A stretch of DNA of 64,000 nucleotides from the human T2T-CHM13v2.0 reference genome, Homo sapiens. Positions within the stretch are counted from its first letter, which is position 1. Each line of letters begins with the position of its first letter. Below the pieces are notes generated by a model. It was not told the DNA's origin. It did no database searches and saw nothing but the letters and a program-made list of their open reading frames with translations. Shown here piece after piece: positions 1 to 25,051 of the stretch. The DNA is taken from NCBI RefSeq assembly GCF_009914755.1, contig NC_060932.1. One strand, given 5' to 3'. The position numbers and the translations under genes were made by a program.

Positions 1-698
1 GGGAAAAAAAAAATATCCTTATATAAAAACCAGAAAGAAGCTATCTGTAAAACTCCTTTGTGATTTGTGTATTCATCTCACAGTGTTTAACATTTCTTTT
101 TATGCAGCAGGTTGGAAACACTGTTTTTGGATCAGCTGTGAAAAGCACATTGAAGTTTATGGGAAAAAAACTATCCCCAGATAAAAACTGGAAAGAAGTT
201 ATTTGTGAAACTGCTTTGTGATATGAGATTTCCTCTCACAGACTTAAAACTTTCTTTTGATTCAGCAGGTAGCAAACTCTCTTTTTGGAGTATCTGTGAA
301 GGGACATTTGAAAGCCCATTGGAGCCTATGGGGTAAAACTGAATATCCCAAAATAAAAAGAAGAAAGAAGCTATCTTTGAAAATGCTTCATCATGTGTGG
401 ATTCGTCTCACAGAGTTAAAAATTTCCTTTGATTCAGCAGGTTGGAAACACTCCTTTTTGAGCATCTGTGAAAAGATATTTTGGAACCCATTGTAGTCTG
501 TCAGGAAAAACAGAATATCCCCAGATAGAAACTAGAAAGAAGCTATCTGTGAAACTGCTTTTGAAGTGTGGATTCATCTCTCAGAGTTAAACTTTTCTAT
601 TGATTCAGCAGGTTGAAAAACTCTTCTCCCTGAATCTCTGAAGGGACTTTGGGGAGCATATTGAGGCCTATTGGGCAAAACTGAATATCCCCCCTACC

Positions 699-719
699 AA
701 AAAAAAAAAAAAAAAAAAA
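699..719 (+). repeat. A21 homopolymer expansion within an alpha monomer
   Basis: cccctacc-A21-ctacaaat replaces the usual ccccagat-AAAAA-ctagaaag; the paralogous unit at ~1742 has only 7 A. Confidence 0.9.
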
Positions 720-3700
720 CTACAAATAACCTATATGTGAAATAGATTTTTAATGTGTGGATTCTTCTCACAGAGTAAAACTTTTCTTTTGATTCAGCCG
801 ATAGGAAACACTGTTTTTGGAGAATCTGCAAAGTGACATTTTGGAGCCCATTGAGGCCTGTTGGGAAAAAACGAATATCCCCATATAAAAACTAGAAAGA
901 AGCTGATAGTGATCCTGCTTTGGGATGTGTGGATTCATCTCAGAGAGTTAAAACTTTCTTTTGATTCAGCAGGTTCAAAACACTTTTCTTGGAGAATCTG
1001 AGAATGGACATTTAGGTGCCCATTGAGGCCTATGTGGAAAAAATGAACACTGAGAAAAAATTAGAAAGAAGCTATTTGTGAAACAGCTTTGTGATGTGTG
1101 AATTCATCTCAAAGAGTTAAGCCTTTCTGTTGATCCAGCAGGTTGGAAACACTCTTTTTGAAGTATCTTTGAAGGAACATTTGAGAGCCCTTTGAGGCCT
1201 ATGGGGAAAAACCAGATTTCCCCAGATAGAAAGTAGAAAAAAGCTATCTGTGAAACTGCTTTGTGATGTGTGAATTCACCTCACAGAGTGAAAGTGTACC
1301 TTTGATTCAGCAGGTTGGAAACACTCCTTTTGGAGAATCTGTGAAGGAACATTTCGGAGCCCATTGAGACCTATATGGAAAAAGGAAATATCTCCAGATA
1401 AAAACTAGAAAGAAGCTATCTGTGAAACTGATTTGTGATGTGCGGATCCATCTCACAGAGTTAAAACTTTCCTTTGATTCAGCAGGTCGGAAACACTCTT
1501 TTTGGAGCATCTGCAGAAAGACATTTCAGAGCCCATTGTGGCCTTTCAGGAAAAACAGAATATCCCCAGGTAGAAATTGAAAGAAGCTATATGTGACACT
1601 GCTCTTTGAAGTGTGGATTCATCTCACAGAGCTAAATGTTTCTTTTGATTCAGCAGGTTGAAAAAACTCTTTTCCGAGAATCTCCAAAGGGACATTTGGG
1701 AGCACATTGAGGCCTATGGTGCAAAACCAAAAATCCCCTCCAAAAAAACTAGGCAGAAGTTATCTATGAAACAGATTTTTAAGTGTGAATTTATCTCACA
1801 GAGTTAAAACTTTCTTTTGATTCAGAAAGTAGGAAACACTCTTTTTGGAGAATCTGCATAGAGACATTTGAGAGCCCATTGAGGCATATGGATAAAAATC
1901 AAATATCCTTAGATGAAAACTAGAAAGAAGCTATCTGTGAAAGTGTTTGTGATACATGGATTCATCTCACAGATTTAAATCAATCTTTTAATTCCCCAGG
2001 TAGGAAACACTCTTTTTGGAGAATCTGTGAAGGGATATTTGGGAGCCCATTGAGGCCAATGAAAAAAAACACCAGATAAAAACTAGAAAGTGCCTATCTT
2101 TGAAACGTCTTTGTGATGTGTGGATTCTTGTCACAGAGTTAAACCTTTCTTTTGATTCAGCAGTTTGGAAACAGTCTTCTTGGAGGATCTGTGTAGGGTC
2201 ATTTCAGGGCCCATTGACGTCTATGGGGAAACACAAAATATCCCTAGACAAATACTAGAAAGAAATAATTCATAAAACTTATTTATGATGTGTGGATTCA
2301 TCTCAGAGAGTTAAACCATTCTTTTGATTCAGCAGGTTGGAAACACTCTTTTTAAAGAATCTGCAAAGGGACAATTAGGAGCCCTCTGGGACCTGTGGGA
2401 AAACACCAAATATCACGAGATAAGAACTAGAAGGGAGGTATCTGTGAAACTGCTTTGTGAGGTGTGGATTAATCTCACAAAGTTAAACTTTTTTTTGATT
2501 CAGCTGGTTGGAAACGCTATTTTTGGAAAATCTGTGAATGGACATTTGGGAGCCCTTTGAGGCCTAAGGGGAAAAATTGAACATACCCATATAAAAACTA
2601 GAAAGAAGCTATATGCTAAACTGCTTTGTGATGTGTGGATTCATCTCACAGAGTTAAACCTTTCTTTTCATTCATCCAGTTCTAAACACTTTTTTTGGAG
2701 AATCTGCAAAGGGACATTTGGTAGCCCTTTGAGGCCTATGGGGAAAAACTGAACATCTCCAGATGAAAACTAGAAAGAAGCTATGTGTGAAACTGCTTGT
2801 GATGTGTGGATTCATCTCACAGAGTTTAAAGTTTCCTTTGATTAATTAGGTTGAAAATGCTATTTTTGCAGAATCTGCAAAAAGACATTTTTAAGCCCAT
2901 TGAGGCCTAGGTGGCAAAATTGAATGTCCCAAGATAAAAACTAGAAAGAAGCTGTCTGTAAAACTGCTATAAGATGTGTGAATTCATCACACAGAGTTAT
3001 ACATTTCTTTTGATTCAGCTTGTTGGAAACATTCTTTTTAATGAATCCATGAAGAGACATTTGGGAGCCCATTGGGGCTTATGGGGAAAAACTGAATATT
3101 TGCAAATAAAAAGTAGATAGGAGTTATCTGTGAAACTGCTTTGTGATATGTGAATTCATCTCACAGAGTTAAACATTTCTCCTGATTCAGCAGGTTGGAA
3201 AAACTCTTTAAAGAGAATCTGCTAAAGGATATTTGGGAGACCTTTGAGGACAATGGGGCAAAATTGAATGTTCCCAGATCAAAACTAGAAAGAAGCTATC
3301 TGTGAAACTGCTTTTTGATTTCTGGATTCCTCTCACAGAGTTTAACCCTTCTTTTGAATCAGCAGCTTTTAAACACTCTTTTTGGAGTATCTGTGAAGGG
3401 ACACTTTGGATCCCATGGAGGCCTATGGAGAAAAACTGAATATTTCCAGACAAAAGCTAGAAAGCAGCACATTGAGACCTATGGGAAAAAAATGAATATC
3501 CCCACATAAAATCTAGAAAGAAGCTATTTTTGAAACTGCTTTGTGTTGTGTGGATTCATCTCACAGAGTTTAATCTTCTCGTCATTCTTCAGGTGGAAAA
3601 CTCTCTTTTTTGAGAATCTGTGAAGGGACATTTGGGCCGTTCGATACCTCTAGGGAGAGCAAAATATCCACCAATAAACACCAGAAAGAAACAATCTATG

Positions 3701-6700
3701 AAACTGCTTTCTGATGTCTGGATACATCTCACAGAGGTAAAATTTTCTTTTGATTCAGCAGTTTGGAAACACTATTTTTGTAGAATCTATGAAGGGACAT
3801 TTCAGAGCCCTTTGAGGCCTATTGAGAAAAAATGAATATCCCCAAATAAAAACCAGAAAGAAGCTATTTATTTGTGAAAATGCTTTGTGATGTGTGGATT
3901 CATCTCAGAGTTAAACCATGCATTTGATTCCACAGGTTGGAAACACTCTTTTTGCAGAATCGTTGAAGAAACAATTGGGAACCCATTGAGCTCTATGGGG
4001 AAATACTTAATATCCCAAGATAAAAACTAGAGTGAACATATCTGTGAATCTGCTTTGTGATGTGTGGATTCATCTAAAGAGTTAAAAGTTTGTTTTGATT
4101 TAGCAGGTTGGAGACACTTTTTTTCTAGAATCTACTATGTGACATTTGGAACTTATTGAGAGCTATGGGAAAAGACAAATTATCCCAAGATAAAAACTAG
4201 AAAGAAACTCTCTGTGAAACTGCTTTATGATGTGTGGATTCATCTCACAGACTTAAAATTTTCTTTTGATTGAACATGTTAGAAACACTCTTTTTGGAGT
4301 ATCTGCCAAGGGACACTTGGGAGCCCACTGAGGCCTGTGGAGAACCACAGAATATCCAGAGACAAAAATTAAGCAAAACTGTCTGTGAAAGTGCTTTTTG
4401 ACGTGTAGATTCCTCTCACATAGTTAAACCTTTCTGTAGATTCAGCAGTTTTGAAACACTATTTGGAGAATCTGTGAAGGGATATTTTGAAGCCCATAGA
4501 GGCCTACCAAAAAAAAAACCTAAATATCCCCAGATAAAATCTAGAAACAAGCTATCTTTGAAATTACTTTGTGATGTGTGGATTCATCTCTCAGAATTCA
4601 ACGTTTCTTTTAATCCAGCAGGTTGGAAACACTCTTTTCAAAGTATCTGTGAAGGGATATTTGGGAACCCCTTGAGGCATGTGGGGAAAAACAGAATATC
4701 CCCAGAGAAAAACTAGAAAGAAGCTACTTGTGAAACTGCCTTGGGATGTGTGGATTCATTGCATGGAGTTAAATGTTTCTTTTGATTTAGGAGGTTGGAA
4801 ACACTCTTTTTAAAGAATCCGTGAAGGGACATTTGGAAGCCCTCTGAGACCTGTGGAAAAACACAGAATATCCCGAGATAAAAACTAGAAGGAAGGTATC
4901 TGTGAAACTGCTTGGTGAGGTGTGGATTCATCTCACAAAGTTAAACATTTTTTTTTGATTGTGCTGGTTGGAAACACTATTTTTGGAAAATCTGTGAATG
5001 GACATTAGGGAGCCCTTTGAGACCTATGCAGAAAAATTGAACATCCCCAGATAAAAACTAGAAAGAAACTATCTGTGAAACTGCTTTGTGATGTGTGGAT
5101 TCATCTCACCGAGTTAAACCTTTCTTTTGATTAGGCAGGTTGGAAAAACTTATTTTGGAGAATCTGCAAAGGGGCATTTCAGAATCCATTGATGCCTATG
5201 GGGAAAAACTGAATATCAGTAGATAACAACTAGAGAGAAGTTACCAGTGAAACTACTTTGTGATGTGTGAATTCATGTTAAAGAGTAAAACCTTTATTTT
5301 TCTTCAGCATGTTGGAAGCACTCTTTTTGGAAGATCTGTGAAAGGACATTTTGGAGACCATTGAGGCCTACAGGGAAAAACCGAATTTCCCAGATAAAAA
5401 CTGGAAAGAAGATATCTGTGAAATTGTTTTACAATGCGTGGCTTCATCTCACAGTTAAACATTTTTTTTTTTTTATTCAAGAGGTTGGAAACACTCTTGT
5501 TGGAGAATTCTCAAAGGGACATTTGGGAGCCCACTGAGTCCTGTGGGGAAACACCAAATATCCACAGATAAAAACTAGAAGGAAGCTATCTGTGAAACTG
5601 TTTTGTGATGTTTGGATTCATCTCTAAGCAGCAAACGTTTCTTTTGATTCAGCACGTTGGAGACAGTCTTTTTGGAGTATCTGCAAGGAGATATTTGGGA
5701 GCCCACTGAGGCCTGTGGGGAAAAACAAACTATACCCAGACAAAAACTAGAAAGAAGTTTCCTGTGAAACTGCTTTGGGATGTGTGGAAGCACTGCAGAG
5801 AGTTCAAGTTTTCTTTTGATTCAGCAGGTTGGAAACACTCTATTTAGAGAATCTGCAAAAGAACATTTGAGAGCCCAATAAGCCCTTGGAAAAACACCGA
5901 ATATCCCAAGATAAAAACTAGAAGGTAGCTATCTGTGAAAATGCTTTGTTATGTGTGGATTCATGTCACAGAGTTAAACATTTTGTTGGATGCATCAGGT
6001 TGGAAACACTCTTTTTGTAGAATTTGCTAATGGACTTATAGGAGTCCATTGAGGCCTATATTTAAAAAGTATATCCCCAAGTAAAAACAAGAAGCAATCT
6101 ATCTGTAAAACTGCTTTCTGTTTTGTGGATTCATGTCACAGAGTTAAACTTTTCTTTTGATCTATCAGGTTGGTAACACTCTTATTGGAGAATCAGCGAA
6201 GGGAAATGTGGGAGCCTTTTTAGGCCTATGGGGAAAAACTCAATATTTCCAAATGAAAACCAGAAAGAAGCTATTTGTGAAACTGCCTTGTGATGCGTGG
6301 AGTCATCTCACAGTGTTAATTTGACTCAGTAGGTAGAAACACTCTTTGTGGAACCTGCAAAGGAGTATTTGGTAGCCCTTTGAGGCCTACTGAGAAAAAC
6401 CTATTATACCCAGATAAAAACTAGAAAGAAGCTATCTGAGAAATTGCTTTGTGATGTGTGAATTCATATTACAGAGTTACAACTTTCTCTTGATTTTGCA
6501 GGTTGGAAACACTCTGTTTGGAATATCTGCAAAGGGACTTTTGGGAGCCCATTGAGGCCTATGGGGAAAAACCAAATATTCCCAGACAGAAACTAGAAAG
6601 AAGATATCTGTGAAATGCTTTGTGATGTTTGGAACCCTCTCACAGAGTTAAACCTTTATTTTTATTCAGGAGGATTTAAACACTCTTTTTGGAGAATCTT

Positions 6701-9700
6701 CAAAGGGACATTTGGGAGCCTATTGAGGCCTATGGAGAAAAACTGAATATTCCCACATAAATCTAGAAAGAAGCTATCTGTGAAACTGCTTTGTGATGTG
6801 TAGCTTCATCTCAAAAAATTAAACTTTTCTTTTGAATCACTACGTTGGAAACATTCTTCTTGGAGGATCTGGAAATGGACATTTGGAAGTCCATTGATGT
6901 CTGTGGAGAAAAAAAAATATCCCCAGACAAAAGTAGAAAGAAGCTGTCTGTGAAACTGCCTTGTGATATGTGGATCATCTCACAGAGTTAAACCTTACTT
7001 TAAATTCAGCCAGTTAAAAAACTTTTTTGGAGAATCTGCAAAGGGACGTTTGGGAGCCCATTTAGGCTTATGGAAAAAATGTAATATCCCCAGATAAAAA
7101 TAAGAAAAATCTATTCTTGAAACTGCTTTGTGAGGTGTGGATTCACCTCCCAGGGTTAAAACTTTCTTTTGACTCAGAAGGTTGGAAACACTCCTTTTGG
7201 AGGATCTGCGAAGGGCCATTTTGAAGCCCATTGATGCTATTTTGTTAAACTAAATATCCCTAAATAAAAACTACAAAGAAACTATCTGTGAAACTGCTTT
7301 GTGATGTGTGGATTCATTTCACAGTGTTAAACCTTTCTTTTGAGTCAGCAGGTTGGAAATACTGTTTTTAGAGAATCTGCAAAGAAACATTTAGGAGCCC
7401 ATTGAGGTCTCTGGGGAACAACAGAATATCCCAGATAAAAAGTAGAAAGAAGCTATCTGTGAAACTGCTTTGTGATGTGTGGATTCATCACACAGATTTA
7501 AACATTTCTTTAGATGCAGCCAGTTTGAAGCACTCTTTCTGGAGAATCTGTGAAGGGATATTTGAATCTCAATGTGGCATAGAAGGAAAAACTGAACATC
7601 CCCAGATAAAAACAAGAAAGAAGCTATCTGTTAATGGCTTTGTGGTGTGTGGATTCATCTCACTGACTTAAATCTTTCTTTGAACTCCGTATGTTGGAAG
7701 CACTCTTTTTGGTGGATCTGTCAAGGGACTTTTTGGAGCACATTGAGGCCTATGGGGGAAAATAAAATATCCCCAGATTAAATCTAGAAAGAAGCTTTGT
7801 GTGAAACTGCTTTGTGATGTGTAGATTCATCTCACAGCGTTGAACCTTTCTTTTGATTCAGCAGGTTGAAAACACTACTATTGGAGGATTTGTGATGGGA
7901 CATTTGGGAACCCATTGAGGTCTATAGGGAAAAACCGAATATTCCTAGAAACAAAATTTGAAAATTATTTGCTGTGGAACTGATTTGTGATGTGTTAATT
8001 CATCTCACATAGGAAAAGATTTCTTTTGATTCAGCAGGTTGAAAACACTTTTTTTTGTACAATTTGCGAAGGGACATCTGGGAGCTCATTGAGGCCTATG
8101 GGGAAAAAACGAATATATCTAGAAAAAAATTAGAAAGAAGCCATTTGTGAAACTGCTTGGTGATATATCGATTTATCTCAAAGAGTTAAAGTTTCTTTTG
8201 ATTCAGCAGGTTAGAAACACTCTTCCTAGAGAATCATTGCAGAGGTTTTATTGGCCCATTGAGGCCTATGGGGCAAAACCAAAAATCTCCAGATAAAAAC
8301 TTGAAAGAAGGTATCTGTGAAACTGCTTTGTGATGTGTGGATTCATTTCACGATTAAACTTTCCTTTTGATTAAGCAGGTTGGAAACATTCTTTTTGGAG
8401 AATCTGTGGAGGGAAATTTTGGGAGTCCATTGAGGTCTGTGGGGAAAAACTGAATATCAGCAGATATACACCCAAATAAAAACTAGAAAGAAGGTATGTG
8501 TGAAACTGCTTTGTGATGTGTGGATTCATCAAACAGAGTTAAACTTTTCTCTTGTAGCAGGTTAGAAACTGTCTTTTGGTATACTCTATGAAGGGACAGT
8601 TTGGAACTCATAGAGGCCTATTTTTTTTCCTAAGGGGAAAAAAATATTCCCAGATGAAAACTAGAAAGAAGCTATCAGTGAAACTGCTTTGTGATGTGAG
8701 CATTCATCTTACAAAGGTAAAATTTTCTCTTGATTTAGCAGTTGGAGACACTCTTTTTGGAGAATCTTCAAAGGGACATTTGCGAACCCATTGAGTCCTA
8801 CGGAGAAAACCAAATATCCCTTGATAAAAAAAACTAGACAGAAGCTCTCTGTGAAACTGCTTTGTGTTTTGTGAATTCATCTCATAAATTTACACCAAGC
8901 TTTTGATTCAGCAGGATGTAAGCACTGTTCTTGGAAAACCTGCAAGGGAACATTTCGGAGCCCACTGAGCCCTATTGGGAAGAACAAAAGATCCCCAGAT
9001 AAAAACTAGAAAGAAGCTGTATGTGAAACAGTTTTGTGATGTCTGGATTCATTTCACAGGGTTAAACATTTTTTTTGATTCAGCTGGTTGAAAGAACTTT
9101 TTTTTGGAGAATCTGTGAAGGGACATGTGAGAGCCCACTGAGGCCTATGGGGAAACAAAATATCCCCAGATAAAAATTTGAAAGAATCTATCTGCAAAGC
9201 TGCTTTTTGATGTGTGGATTCAGCTCAGAGTGAAACCTGTCTTTTGATTCAGGATGTTGGAAACACTCTTTTTCAGCAATCTGCAAAGGGACTTTTGGGA
9301 TCCCTATGAGGCCCATGGGGAAAAACAGAATATAGCCAGATAAAAACTAGAAAGACATTATCTGAGTAACTGATTTTTGATGTTTAAATTCATATCATAG
9401 CATTAAACTATTCTTTCAATTGTGTAGGTTGGAAACACTCTTTTTGGAGAAACTGCAAGGGGAATTTTAGAAGCCTATTGAGGCCTCTGAGGAAACATGG
9501 AAAATCCCCACATCAAAACTAGAAAGAAGCTATCTGTTAAACTGCTTCGGATGTGTGGATTCATCTTACAGAGATAAACCTTTCTTTTGATTCAGCAGGT
9601 TGGAAACGTCTTTTTGGAGAATCTGTGAAGGGTCTTTTGGGAGCCCATTGAGGCCTATGGGGAAAAACAGAATATACCCAGACAAAAACTAGTAAGAAGG

Positions 9701-11390
9701 TATCTGTGAAACTGCCTTGTGAAGTGTGAATTCATTTCACAGGACTAAAACTTTCGAGTGATACAGGAGGTTTGAAACATTCCTTTTGGAGAATCTGTGA
9801 AAGGACATTTTTTACCCCATTGAGGCCTGTGGGAAAAGTGAATATTGCCAGATGAAAACTAGAAAGAAGTTTTCTGTGGAACTGCTTTGCGATGTGTGGA
9901 TGCCTTTCACAGAGTTAAACCTTTATTTTGATTCAACAGGTTGGAAACATTTCATTGGGAGATTCTGTGAAGGGACATTTTGGAGCAGATTGACACTTGC
10001 AGGGAAAAACAAAATATCCCCAGATAAAAACTATATAAGAAGCAACCTGTGAAACTGCTTTGTAATGTGTAGACTCACCTCACAGAGTTAAACTATTCTT
10101 TTGATTCAGCAGGTTTGGAAATACTCTTTTTGGAGAATCTGTGAAGAAACATTTGGGAGCCCACTGAGGCCTGTGGGGAAACACTGAATATCCAGAGGTA
10201 AAACCTAGAAGGAAGCTAACTGTGAAACTGCTTTGTGATGTGAGGATTCATCTCACAGTGTTAAAACTTTCTGTAGATTCAGCAGTCTTGAAACATTCTT
10301 TGGAGAATCTACGAAGGGACATTTGAAACCCATTGAGGCCTATGGAAAAAAACTGAGTATTCCCAGATAAAAACTAGAAAGAAGTTATCCGTGAAACTGC
10401 TTTGTGATGTTTGGATTCATCTCTCAGAAGTAAATGTTTCTTTTGATTTAGCAGGTTGGAAATATTCTTTTTGGAACGTCTGCAAAGGAACATTTGGGAA
10501 CCCACTGAGGTCTGTGGGGAAAAACTGAATATCCTGAGACAAAAACTATAAAGAAGCTACCTGTGAGACTGCTTTCAGATGTGTGGATTCATCGCACAGG
10601 GTTAAATTTTATTTTGATTCAGCAGTTTGGAAACACTCTTTTTTTAGGAATCTGTGAAGGGACATTTGGGAGCCCACTGAGACCTGTTGAAACACACTGA
10701 ATATCCTGAGATAAAAAATAGAAGAAAGCTATCTATGATGCTGATGTGTGATGGGTGGATTCATCTCACACAGTTAAAACGTTTTTGGGGTTCATAAGGT
10801 TGGAAACAATCTTCTCTGAGAATCTGCTAATGGATATTTTGGATCCCACTGATTCCTAAAGGAAAAAAATTAGTATCCCCAGAAAAACACTTGAAATAAG
10901 CTATCTGTGAAATTGGTTTGTGATGTGTGGAATCATCTCAGAGAGCTAAACTATTCTTTTGATTCAGGATGCTGGAAACACTTTTTGGAGAATTTGTGAA
11001 GGGATATTTGGGAGCCCCTTGTGGCCTATGGAAAAAAAACTATTAATAGAAAAATACTAGAAATAAGCTATTGGTGAAACTGCTTCATGACGTGTCAATT
11101 CATCTCAAAGGATTAAACCATTCTTTTGATTTAGCAGTTTGGAAACAATCTTCTTGGAGTATCTGTGAAGGGATATTTTGGATCCCATTTATTCCTAAGG
11201 GAAAAAAACTGAGTATACCCAGAAAAAAGCTCAAAAGAAGTTATTTGTGAAACTTCTTTGTGATGTGTGGATTCATCACAGAGAGTTTAATGATTCTTTT
11301 GATTCAGCAGGTTGGAAACACCTTTTGGAGAATCTGTGAAAGGACATATGTTATTGCTTTGTAGAATATGAAAAAAATGAATATCCCTAG

Positions 11391-11405
11391 AAAAAACTAG
11401 AAAGA
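11391..11405 (+). repeat. Left target-site duplication of Alu #1 (right copy ~11689-11703)
   Basis: AAAAAACTAGAAAGA (11391-11405) versus AAAAAGCTAGAAAGA (11689-11703): 14/15 match. The right copy overlaps the short A tail. Confidence 0.85.

Positions 11406-25051
<13,646 letters not shown>

Larger units (their letters stand above)
1..11405 (+). repeat. Monomeric alpha satellite (ALR/Alpha) array, diverged ~172-bp monomers, segment 1
   Basis: Tandem unit TGTGATGTGTGGATTCATCTCACAGAGTTAAACCTTTCTTTTGATTCAGCAGGTTGGAAACACTCTTTTTGGAGAATCTGTGAAGGGACATTTGGGAGCCCATTGAGGCCTATGGGGAAAAACTGAATATCCCCAGATAAAAACTAGAAAGAAGCTATCTGTGAAACTGCTT (172 nt by count). TCATC/TCCTC anchors at 2812, 2984, 3156 and 3328 are 172 apart. 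Clearly homologous to the alphoid consensus; neighbouring units are substantially diverged. Confidence 0.97.
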
